DNA of 64,000 nt from Candidatus Syntropharchaeum butanivorans. GTDB lineage: Archaea > Halobacteriota > Syntropharchaeia > Syntropharchaeales > Syntropharchaeaceae. A model generated the notes under the pieces. That model was not told the origin of the DNA, did not search any database, and saw only the letters and a program-made list of their open reading frames with translations. Both the position numbers and the translations under genes were made by a program. Numbering within the stretch: the stretch's first letter is position 1; each line of letters begins with the position of its first letter. The stretch spans positions 159,746-223,745 of the forward strand of contig LYOR01000001.1 in NCBI GenBank assembly GCA_001766825.1, in the 5' to 3' direction. This document shows, in pieces, positions 31,306-39,625 of this stretch.

Positions 31306-33605
31306 ATGATGAGAAGAACAGGAACATAGATATCCTTCGCACAGGGCCGTTCTCCTGGCTGAAAAGGTGGTCTGCAAGATGGAGCCTCTGGCCATGCCAC
31401 TTTGTAACCTCGTGCTGTGGTGTTGAGCTTGCCCATGCATCAGGTTGTGGCTATGATATGGAGAGGCTCGGGACCCTGACAATGGGTATATCAAGGCAGA
31501 CGAATACGATCATCGTTGAGGGTACGATAACAAGAAAGATGGCACGAGCGCTCAGAATCGTATGGGAGCAGATGCCAGATCCGAAGTTCGTGAATGTGAT
31601 AGGCGCGTGTGGTCAGCGTGGGGGAATCTTCTGGAACAGCTACCATATCACACATCCACATACGATCGTTCCTGTTGATTTTTTCGTGCCCGGGTGCCCT
31701 GTAACCCCGGAGGCACTTATAAGAGGCGTGAGGGCACTGCAGAAGAAGATAGAGGGAGAGGATAGGGATACAATACGCTTTAAGAAGGCTAACCTGCAAT
31801 TTAAAGAGAGAAAGAAGAATATGCCCCCAACCTCCCCGAAGCTCCTTGCACCAACCCCGCTTATTAGAAACGACATTCCAGGCGGGGTGGGATGGGAGGA
31901 TGGGGATGAGCTTGTTGAGATGGTGAGATCGCGCCTCAAAGGTCTCACAGCTTCAATAACGGTAACAGATGAGAGGCGAATTACTATCAGAACAAGAGAA
32001 GATGAGATCAAGGAAATTGCAAAGAGGCTGTCTGAGATTGGCTTTGATCATGTAAAGAGTGTAAACCTGGTGGATGTACCACATGAGAAGAAGCTCATCC
32101 TTGAGTACGTGATCTCAGGTTACAGCAAGAGCCTCATGCCCATTCTGATCACGCTCACCGCGGATATCAGGGGTAAATATGACCTTCCAGGGCTCTCAGA
32201 TATCTGGCAGAGTGCCGATTACACAGAGCGTGAGCTGCAGGACCTCTTTGGTGTGAGGTTTGAGGGGAACTCATGGAATGAGATCTTCATGCTGGCACCT
32301 GACACCCCTCAATCCCCGCTCAGAAAGAGCTTCAGGCTTGAGGAAGAGGAATACATCCTCAAGGATGGCGTTCCACTTACACCCCACATTGATCCACCCT
32401 CTGACCTTAATGCCCCCCTCCCTTCCGGGGTGCTGGAGGAGGTTGAGGAGATGGGAGAGTACCTCGTCCTTGTAGGGCCCCACCATACAGGAAGCGGGCA
32501 TATGAGGTGGATCATGCGGCTTGATGGGGATATCATCACAGAGATCATCCCTGATCCAGGGTATGTCCACAGATCAATGGAGAAGATTGCAGAAAGCAGG
32601 CTTTACATCCAGAACATCCCGCTCTTTGAGCGGCTCTGCATCGTCGATCCTGTTAACATGAACCTCGGGTATGTACGTGCGATAGAGCGGGCACTCAAGG
32701 TTGATGTGCCTGAGCGGGCAGCATATATAAGAACGATGATGGCAGAACTCTCAAGGATCGGGTGCTTCATATACGACGCAGGGATATTCTCGCTCTTCAT
32801 GGGGCATTCAACAGGTTTCATGTATCTGTGGGCGATAAGGGAGATGCTCCTTGAGACCTTCTTGAGAATAACCGGGTCAAGATGCTCGCCTTCATTCATC
32901 CTGCCAGGGGGTGTGAGAAGAGACGTGGGGGATGATCTGCTTGATCTTATCGGAAACCTCACAACCGCTATTCTACCACGGTTTAAGAAGTTTGAGGATA
33001 TATTTGTGCGAAACCCGGTGCTTTTAGCAAGGGTCAAAGGGGTGGGAGTGCTCTCAAGGGATGAAGCCGTGAGGTATGGGATTGTGGGGCCATTCTTGAG
33101 GGCATCCGGGGTTGAGTATGATATCAGAAAGATTGAGCCGTATGATGCCTATGATAGCCTGGGGTGGGAGATGATAACAGCAGATGATGGCGACTCGCTT
33201 GTAAGGTTTCTTGTGAGGCTTGAGGAGATGCGAGAAAGTCTTGGCATCGTGAGCCAGTGTGTGGATGTGCTCAAAGGTATGAGAAAGGGGGATGTGATAA
33301 GTGAGGAGATACTCGGGGATTATCAGGAAGGCTCCCGGGACATAAGGGGATCTCTTTACAGGGTCTACGGTAACCTCGTTCTTCCAAGGGGTGAGTGGAC
33401 GGTGCTTACAGAGGCAGCAAGGGGGACACTCCTCTTCTCAATTATGAGTGATGGTGAGTCGAATGTGCCGTATCGTGTCAGGGTTATCACGCCAAGCTGG
33501 ATGAACCTGAGGGGGTTGATAGAGGCAGCAAGGGGTGAGAGGATGGCAGACTTCTGGGCGATATATGGTAGCTTTGGATACTTCCCGCCTGAAGCAGACA
33601 GGTGA
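31302..33605 (+). CDS. fused complex I subunits B-C-D (NuoB/NuoC/NuoD domains in one 767-aa polypeptide)
   Basis: The NuoB part has TSCCGVE, IGACGQRGG and VPGCPVTPE (the four N2-cluster Cys). The NuoC part has SADYTERELQDLFGVRFEGN. The NuoD part has VGPHHTGSGHMRWIMRLDGDIITEIIPDPGYVHRSMEKIAE. The reading frame is continuous. Confidence 0.85.
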   Translation: MNDEKNRNIDILRTGPFSWLKRWSARWSLWPCHFVTSCCGVELAHASGCGYDMERLGTLTMGISRQTNTIIVEGTITRKMARALRIVWEQMPDPKFVNVIGACGQRGGIFWNSYHITHPHTIVPVDFFVPGCPVTPEALIRGVRALQKKIEGEDRDTIRFKKANLQFKERKKNMPPTSPKLLAPTPLIRNDIPGGVGWEDGDELVEMVRSRLKGLTASITVTDERRITIRTREDEIKEIAKRLSEIGFDHVKSVNLVDVPHEKKLILEYVISGYSKSLMPILITLTADIRGKYDLPGLSDIWQSADYTERELQDLFGVRFEGNSWNEIFMLAPDTPQSPLRKSFRLEEEEYILKDGVPLTPHIDPPSDLNAPLPSGVLEEVEEMGEYLVLVGPHHTGSGHMRWIMRLDGDIITEIIPDPGYVHRSMEKIAESRLYIQNIPLFERLCIVDPVNMNLGYVRAIERALKVDVPERAAYIRTMMAELSRIGCFIYDAGIFSLFMGHSTGFMYLWAIREMLLETFLRITGSRCSPSFILPGGVRRDVGDDLLDLIGNLTTAILPRFKKFEDIFVRNPVLLARVKGVGVLSRDEAVRYGIVGPFLRASGVEYDIRKIEPYDAYDSLGWEMITADDGDSLVRFLVRLEEMRESLGIVSQCVDVLKGMRKGDVISEEILGDYQEGSRDIRGSLYRVYGNLVLPRGEWTVLTEAARGTLLFSIMSDGESNVPYRVRVITPSWMNLRGLIEAARGERMADFWAIYGSFGYFPPEADR

Positions 33606-33611
33606 TCCGGG

Positions 33612-34703
33612 ATGACTGGAACTGTTGAAGCACTGATAAATCTGATGATGGCAGATCAGGTGGCGATACCGCTTCTTGATCCGATCTTAAATATCCTCTA
33701 CGGGATACCGCTTCTCGGGCATCTACTTGCCCTCATCCTCTGGAAACCTCTCTTTGCCGCTCTGATCTGCCCTGGCTTTGCAACGCTCGGCGGACTTCTC
33801 ATGCTCCTCCCATGGATTGAACGGAAGCTTGTTGCAAGGATACAGTGGCGCATCGGTCCGCATGAGATACTGCCACAGATGGGTGGGGTGATCCAGCTTC
33901 TTGCAGACTCGTTGCGTTTTCTCTTTCAGGAGGTGATCGTGCATAGAGATGCCAAGCAGCCATACTTCCTTCAGTTCCCGGTATTATCCTTTATACCGGC
34001 ACTTCTTCCACTCCTGTTCATCCCTGCAGGTACCATCATCGCGATAGAGTCCCCCTATGGGGCTCAGATAGTACTTGCGATGGTGACCCTCTTCCCGCTC
34101 TTCATCCTGGGTCTTGGCTGGGCCTCAAACTCAAGGTTTGCGTACATTGGAACGGTAAGAGAGGCATTTGTCTATTTTGGTTATGAGATTGCCCTCATAG
34201 TTTCCGCTTTTGCGATGATCGTTCTCTACGGTACATCAGACCCTCTGGCAATCTCAGGTATGCAGCAGGTACCGGGAATAATCCTGAACCCGGTTGCAGC
34301 CCTTGCGTTCTTCATCGCTTCTGCAATGGCAACATCCCGCCTTCCTTTCGAGATTCCTGAGGCAGACCAGGAGCTTGCAGGAGGACCCCACGTTGAATAC
34401 TCAGGGATCCTCTTCGGGCTGATATATGTCATCTCATATGAGAAGGTCTACATCCTGAGCGGTCTTATGACCCTGCTGTTTCTGGGTGGGGGAAGCGGCC
34501 CTGAGATCCGGGTGTTGGGCGATCTTTCAGGTCTTATCTGGTTTATCCTCAAGACACTCCTTGTCATGATAGCCCTCATTGCGCTTCGCGCGATATACCC
34601 GAGATACAGGCTTGATCAGGCGCTCAGGATCGGATGGAACCCGGTCTTCACCTTAAGTACGATTGCAGTTGGGGTATCACTCATGGAGGTTCTACTCCTA
34701 TGA
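33612..34703 (+). CDS. fqoH: complex I subunit H (NuoH/FpoH)
   Basis: 363-aa polytopic protein. Contains ERKLVARIQWRIGP, the LADSLRF..KE-like LADSLRFLFQE, and PFEIPEADQELAGG (NuoH signature PFDxxEAExELxxG). Confidence 0.88.
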   Translation: MTGTVEALINLMMADQVAIPLLDPILNILYGIPLLGHLLALILWKPLFAALICPGFATLGGLLMLLPWIERKLVARIQWRIGPHEILPQMGGVIQLLADSLRFLFQEVIVHRDAKQPYFLQFPVLSFIPALLPLLFIPAGTIIAIESPYGAQIVLAMVTLFPLFILGLGWASNSRFAYIGTVREAFVYFGYEIALIVSAFAMIVLYGTSDPLAISGMQQVPGIILNPVAALAFFIASAMATSRLPFEIPEADQELAGGPHVEYSGILFGLIYVISYEKVYILSGLMTLLFLGGGSGPEIRVLGDLSGLIWFILKTLLVMIALIALRAIYPRYRLDQALRIGWNPVFTLSTIAVGVSLMEVLLL

Positions 34704-35428
34704 GAAAGGTTGTGGCACCAGATTACACCGTCTTTGAGCATGTAAAGCGGCATGTAGAGGCTGTTAAGACTGCAATTAGAGAGGCGATTATTCCAGAGAG
34801 TGTAACATGCTCCTACCCGAAAGAGCGGAGGAAGATGCCGGCATCTTTCAGGGGATATCTCATCTTCGACCCTGATCGATGCATCAGCTGCTTTGGGTGT
34901 GCTTTTATCTGCCCTGCAAATGCGATAAGGATGAAAGAAGCAGAGGATGGGAGGTACTACCCAACGATAGACTATGGAAAGTGCATTTTCTGCCATTTTT
35001 GCCTTGATTCATGCCCGGAGGGTGCGCTTAAACCGACAAAAATCCATGATGTTGCGTATAGAGACCTGGATAGGATGTTGACACTGACGGAGGAGATGAT
35101 CGAGCCTCCCGAGATCATAAGGGAGGATAAGAGGTATGTGGAGTATGTGATAGACGGGAGAGACCTTCATCTCAGGCGGGTGGATGGAGAGGATGAGCTT
35201 CTTGTTGATCTCCCGCCTCCCTCAAAGGTAGAGAGGATCGCCTCATGTATTGATCCTGAAAGCTGTACTGGGTGCAGGATATGTGAGGAGGTCTGTGAGC
35301 ACGGTGTGATCAGATCATCTGTGGAAGAAGATGGTGTGAGAATGGTTATTGACTCTGAACGGTGTACCGGGTGTGGGCTATGTGTTAAGGAGTGCTCGAT
35401 GAGGGTTCTAAGGCTTGTGCGGAGGTAA
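34700..35428 (+). CDS. fqoI: complex I subunit I (NuoI/FpoI) with an extra C-terminal 2x[4Fe-4S] ferredoxin domain
   Basis: 242 aa from an ATG overlapping the fqoH stop (ATGA). The NuoI core has CISCFGCAFICP and CIFCHFCLDSCP. The roughly 120-aa extension carries CTGCRICEEVCE and CTGCGLCVKECS. Confidence 0.8.
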   Translation: MRKVVAPDYTVFEHVKRHVEAVKTAIREAIIPESVTCSYPKERRKMPASFRGYLIFDPDRCISCFGCAFICPANAIRMKEAEDGRYYPTIDYGKCIFCHFCLDSCPEGALKPTKIHDVAYRDLDRMLTLTEEMIEPPEIIREDKRYVEYVIDGRDLHLRRVDGEDELLVDLPPPSKVERIASCIDPESCTGCRICEEVCEHGVIRSSVEEDGVRMVIDSERCTGCGLCVKECSMRVLRLVRR

Positions 35429-35432
35429 TTTG

Positions 35433-36470
35433 ATGGGAGGTTTACTTGAGTGGAAGGTCAGGGCTCCTGATAAGCCCATGAAGGATCGGCTTTACTTCGA
35501 TGGCCTGAAGGCAAATGTGATCGATACAGGGCTCTGTAGCAGGTGTCTCACATGTGCATGCATCTGCCCTGTCGATGGTATAAGGGTGGTGGACGATAAG
35601 GTTGATTTTCCAGACCGTGAGGAGCGATGCAGGGATTGTGGTGCATGTATAAGGGTCTGCCCGAGGTTCGATTATCGACCGAAATATGGGATGGGAGACT
35701 ATCTTGAGTTTACTGCAGCAAGATCTAAGCGTTTCTCAGGGCAGGATGGGGGGATGGTGACAGAGATCATGATCTCTGCAATCGAGATGGGTATGATTGA
35801 CCGTGGACTTTTTGTTGGAAGAGATGAAAGATGGAGGCCCCAGGTTTTCCATCTCCATGACTCCTCACAGCTTGAGGTTGGAACTCTCTCTGGAACAAAG
35901 TACACCTTTGCAACAGTCCTTAAAGAGCTTAAAAAGGCTGTTCTACTCACCAGAAATGGAGTGGGAGTTGTCGGGACGCCATGTATCGTGTCCGGTGTAA
36001 GAAAGCTTCAGATGGAGTTCCCGCTATTCCGTGATCGAGTGAGGCTTGTAATCGGTCTTTTCTGCACCGAGAACTTCCACTATGATGAGCTTATGAGCTT
36101 TCTTGAAAAGAAAGGTATCAAACCGGAGATGCTCATAAAGACAGACATCACAAAGGGCAGGTTCATTGCAACGATGGTCGACGGTGAGGTTAAGTTCAAG
36201 GTGAAGGAGCTTGAAGAGATACTCCCTTCAGGGTGCAGTGTCTGTACAGACTTCACAGCGGTTGAGTCTGATGTAAGCGTTGGGAGTGTGGGGAGTGAGC
36301 CAGGGTTCTCAACGGTTGTTGTGCGGGGAAAGAGTGCAGAGGAGGTTATAGCATACATCAGAGAGAAGGGGTATGCTGAGTTTGGTGAAGGGGATCCAGG
36401 TCAGCTTGACTTTCTTATCGACTACAAGGTTGGGAGGTTCTATGTTAAAACCAAGGATGATAAGGATTAA
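35433..36470 (+). CDS. fqoF: F420H2-oxidising input subunit (FqoF/FpoF, FrhB family) with an N-terminal 2x[4Fe-4S]
   Basis: 345 aa from an ATG preceded by GGAGGT. Contains CSRCLTCACICP and CRDCGACIRVCP, then the FrhB/FdhB blocks SGQDGGMVTEI, GTPCIVSGVRKL and GCSVCTDFTAVESDVSVGSVG. Confidence 0.8.
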   Translation: MGGLLEWKVRAPDKPMKDRLYFDGLKANVIDTGLCSRCLTCACICPVDGIRVVDDKVDFPDREERCRDCGACIRVCPRFDYRPKYGMGDYLEFTAARSKRFSGQDGGMVTEIMISAIEMGMIDRGLFVGRDERWRPQVFHLHDSSQLEVGTLSGTKYTFATVLKELKKAVLLTRNGVGVVGTPCIVSGVRKLQMEFPLFRDRVRLVIGLFCTENFHYDELMSFLEKKGIKPEMLIKTDITKGRFIATMVDGEVKFKVKELEEILPSGCSVCTDFTAVESDVSVGSVGSEPGFSTVVVRGKSAEEVIAYIREKGYAEFGEGDPGQLDFLIDYKVGRFYVKTKDDKD

Positions 36471-36523
36471 ATGAAAAAATCTTTAGTAAGGTGATACAGT
36501 CCCATGTAGGTAGGTGATATAAA

Positions 36524-36970
36524 TTGAAGGTAGATATAGTATATTGGGAAGATGAGATCGGGAAGAGTCTGAATAGAGTCTCAGTCGATGTCCATCCCTT
36601 TGGTATACAGGTTGGAATGAGGGCTGAGTGGCAGATGGCAGTTGCTGCAGAGGATAAAGAAGTGAAGGCACAGATGATGGTTCCGATTGATATAAAGCCG
36701 GTTGATATCCCGGCAAAAGCAATCGTTCTCCCATGCTTTTTCATGAGACACGCACTCGGTATCGTCACATCCTTGGCATCTCTCGGACGACCTCTGAGGG
36801 TTGAAGATGAGCGTAGAATATCTCAGGTCTTATTCTATCCGATTCAGGATGGTCTCATCCGGAAAGATGAGCTTCTGGCCGTGATAAATATCTTCCCTGC
36901 CGCAATGGAAGAACCGTTACCGAATAAAGAGGCTGTATACAGGTGGATGAGCCAGCGATATGGCGATTGA
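36524..36970 (+). CDS. hypothetical 148-aa protein (possibly a split molybdopterin-dinucleotide-binding/FwdD-like barrel)
   Basis: TTG start 7 nt after AGGTGA, with an 11-nt overlap onto mvhD. The pattern VSVDVHPFGIQVGMRAEWQMAV...VDIPAKAIVLPCFF weakly resembles the domain-IV barrel of FdhA/FwdD. Confidence 0.45.
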   Translation: MKVDIVYWEDEIGKSLNRVSVDVHPFGIQVGMRAEWQMAVAAEDKEVKAQMMVPIDIKPVDIPAKAIVLPCFFMRHALGIVTSLASLGRPLRVEDERRISQVLFYPIQDGLIRKDELLAVINIFPAAMEEPLPNKEAVYRWMSQRYGD

Positions 36971-37382
36971 GAGATGGGAGCCGAAGATCCTTGCATTTTG
37001 CTGTAACTGGTGCTCCTATGCCGGGGCAGATGTTGCAGGGGTTGAGCGGCGACAGATGCCCCCTTCCTTCAGGATCATAAGGGTCATGTGCTCGGGAAGT
37101 GTTGACCCATGCTGGGTGCTTGAGGCGTTTCTTGAGGGGGCAGACGGGGTGCTGATAACAGGATGTCACCCCGGGGAGTGCCATTATCTGAACACAAACT
37201 ACCACACAGCAAGGAGATACAGGCTTCTGAGAATATTTATTGAGGAGCTTGGACTCGAACCAGATCGTCTGAGGCTTGAATGGATCTCAGCAACCGAGGG
37301 GATTAAGTTTGCAGAGGTTATAAGGGATATGACAGAGAAGATCAGAGCACTTGGCCCAAGCAGGCTTGGGCCAGAGAGGTGA
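36960..37382 (+). CDS. mvhD: MvhD-type iron-sulfur protein (methyl-viologen-reducing hydrogenase delta subunit family)
   Basis: 140 aa. Contains KILAFCCNWCSYAGAD, VMCSG and ITGCHPGECHY. Confidence 0.85.
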   Translation: MAIERWEPKILAFCCNWCSYAGADVAGVERRQMPPSFRIIRVMCSGSVDPCWVLEAFLEGADGVLITGCHPGECHYLNTNYHTARRYRLLRIFIEELGLEPDRLRLEWISATEGIKFAEVIRDMTEKIRALGPSRLGPER

Positions 37383-37386
37383 GAAA

Positions 37387-38526
37387 ATGGGTAAGTGCTA
37401 CCTTGCATGGGCCAAGGACCCGGAAATCAGGCAAAAAGGTGGATCAGGAGGGTTTGTGACAGCTACACTTCTTGCAGCACTCAAGGAAGGGCTTGTTGAG
37501 AGGGTGCTTATCGTCAGGCGGATCGATGAGTTTGAAGGGGTACCCCTTCTCACAGATGATCCTGAGGAGGTCAAATCATGTAGCAGCGCACATCTTGCAG
37601 CCCCTCTCAACCTCTCATCATACATTCCCCCCGGGGAGAGGGTTGCTGTTACGGTGAAGCCCTGTGATGCAAGGGCGATCATCGAGCGTTCAAAGCGCAG
37701 GCAGATAGATCTTGAGGATATTTACATGGTCGGGCTCAACTGCGGCGGTACCTTCATGCCTGTTCGCACAATGGAGGCTGTTTCTGATCTATTTGGGCTT
37801 GATCCAGGAGATGTTTTGGGGTTTGAGGTGAGTAAGGGGAAGTTTTTAGTTGAGGCCCGAAGTGGGACATACACCCTGCCGATGGTTGAGCTTGAGCGGA
37901 TGGGATATGGTAGGCGTGACCCATGCAGGTACTGCAACATAAATATCCCTGTAATGGCAGACCTTGCATGTGGTGATGCCGGGGTTCCGCCAGGTATGCG
38001 TGCGACGTTCGTTGAGATCTTGACCGATAAGGGTGATGAGCTCTTTGAGGCCGGGATTAAGACCTCAATGATCGAGTTTGAGGAGGCGGGTGAAGAGGAG
38101 ATTGAGACCCGCGTAAGAACGGATCGGCGGATGTCTGAGGATGCGGATATGTGGTGGGACGAGCTATCCAGCATGATTGATGAGGTTGATCATCTCTCCT
38201 ACTACATCAACGAGCTTGGTAGATGCATCCACTGTGGGAGCTGTAAGATCGTATGCCCTGTGTGTGCCTGTAAGGATGATGCGAAGTGCCTTGACATGGG
38301 GCGGGAGGGTTACAGGATATCACTCTATAACCTCATCAGGCTCTTTCATCTCATGGACTCATGTATCGGGTGTGGTCAGTGTGAGGATGTCTGCCCGGCT
38401 GATATCCCGCTCACGATGATCCATCAGCGGTTTGAGAGAAGAATGGAGAAAGAGCTTGGATACAGGCCCGGTTTTGAGATGAGTAAACCGCCTTTACAGG
38501 AGCCTGAGCCTGGAGGTAAGGTTTAA
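37387..38526 (+). CDS. FrhB/FdhB-family F420-binding protein with a C-terminal 2x[4Fe-4S] (FdhB architecture)
   Basis: 379 aa from the ATG at 37387. Contains GGSGGFVTATL, KPCDARAI and ADLACGDAG. The C-terminus has CIHCGSCKIVCP and CIGCGQCEDVCP. Confidence 0.75.
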   Translation: MGKCYLAWAKDPEIRQKGGSGGFVTATLLAALKEGLVERVLIVRRIDEFEGVPLLTDDPEEVKSCSSAHLAAPLNLSSYIPPGERVAVTVKPCDARAIIERSKRRQIDLEDIYMVGLNCGGTFMPVRTMEAVSDLFGLDPGDVLGFEVSKGKFLVEARSGTYTLPMVELERMGYGRRDPCRYCNINIPVMADLACGDAGVPPGMRATFVEILTDKGDELFEAGIKTSMIEFEEAGEEEIETRVRTDRRMSEDADMWWDELSSMIDEVDHLSYYINELGRCIHCGSCKIVCPVCACKDDAKCLDMGREGYRISLYNLIRLFHLMDSCIGCGQCEDVCPADIPLTMIHQRFERRMEKELGYRPGFEMSKPPLQEPEPGGKV

Positions 38527-39620
38527 TGGAGTTCATTCAGAGCGTGTGCCCCGGGTGCTGCATCAACTGTGGCCTCTATATCGTAAGATCCGGTGAAGAG
38601 ATTAAGGTTGATTATCGCAAGCGTTCACCCGTAAATGAGGGAAAACTCTGTAAATTTGGGGTAGATCTTTCAAGATATTACGCAAAAGAGCGGCCTGAGC
38701 CAACTGTTGATGGGAAGGAGGTCGATCTTGAGACGGCGATCGGAGAGGCAGCAGAAAGGTTGAAAATGGCCAGTTCTGCAGAAACAGGCTTTTTGTGCAT
38801 GGGCAATTCGACAAATGAGGAGATACTTGCGTTCAAAAGGCTTGCAGAGAGCTTTGGGATTGAAAATATCGACTGTACCCTATCAAAGCATATTATCTCA
38901 ACCCCAGAAGACTTGAAGCCCACTCTCTCAGTTGGTGTTCCATTTAAGTCAATCGAGGAGGCAGACCGGATCATTCTCATCTCAATCAACCCATCCCTCC
39001 AGTATCCGCTCCTTCTCAGGAGGGTGATTCGTGCAGAAAAGAAGGGTGCTGAGGTGGTCATGCTCAATCCAGCAGAAAGTGAGAGTCTTGAGCTTGAGGG
39101 CGCGGTTGTAATCTCTGAGATCACCCAGAAGACAGATCCCATGCTCATAAAGATGATCCTTGAGGCCGGGAAGGATGCACGCTCAATCTGCTTCATGAAG
39201 CCGCATGCAAACCTCACAGGTGCGATGCTCCTCGGCTTTTACGGTGTTGACATATCTGAGAAGGTAAAGCTCGGTGAGATAAGGTCGCTCTTTCTTTTAG
39301 ATCCTGTGCCAGGTGATATGGATGATCTTCTTTCAGATCTTGATCTTCTCATTGTTCAGGCTGGAATGAAGACCAGGGTCAGTGAGGTTGCTGATATAAC
39401 GATCCCATCACCGCGCTTTTTTGAGCGGGAGGGTACGGTGGTGAATATTGAGGGCAGGGTGCTACCGGTCGGTGGAACGTCGAGAGCCGGTGTTGAATCG
39501 TTATTGAAGATCATGGGTGGAGAAATGGACTTTGAGGATGTGAGGCGCGGAGTATGGGAGGTGCTTGGGGTTGATGGGGCCAATGAGGATCTTATCGCAA
39601 TCACACAGGGGAGGCGTTGA
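38526..39620 (+). CDS. truncated molybdopterin-oxidoreductase-like protein (FdhA/FwdB N-terminal half), apparently without the catalytic Cys/Sec
   Basis: 364 aa. The N-terminal motif CPGCCINCG...(27 aa)...C is the MopB 4Fe-4S domain. The NEEILAFKRLAESFGIENIDCTLSKHI region aligns by eye with the FdhA active-site region but has Lys where Cys/Sec sits. There is no in-frame TGA, and the protein is about half the length of FdhA. Confidence 0.6.
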   Translation: MEFIQSVCPGCCINCGLYIVRSGEEIKVDYRKRSPVNEGKLCKFGVDLSRYYAKERPEPTVDGKEVDLETAIGEAAERLKMASSAETGFLCMGNSTNEEILAFKRLAESFGIENIDCTLSKHIISTPEDLKPTLSVGVPFKSIEEADRIILISINPSLQYPLLLRRVIRAEKKGAEVVMLNPAESESLELEGAVVISEITQKTDPMLIKMILEAGKDARSICFMKPHANLTGAMLLGFYGVDISEKVKLGEIRSLFLLDPVPGDMDDLLSDLDLLIVQAGMKTRVSEVADITIPSPRFFEREGTVVNIEGRVLPVGGTSRAGVESLLKIMGGEMDFEDVRRGVWEVLGVDGANEDLIAITQGRR

Positions 39621-39625
39621 CCCCC

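Noticed and set aside
38526-39620. Selenocysteine recoding in the FdhA-like gene
   Set aside because: There is no in-frame TGA in or just upstream of the ORF, and no SECIS-like hairpin was noticed. The active-site position appears to be Lys.
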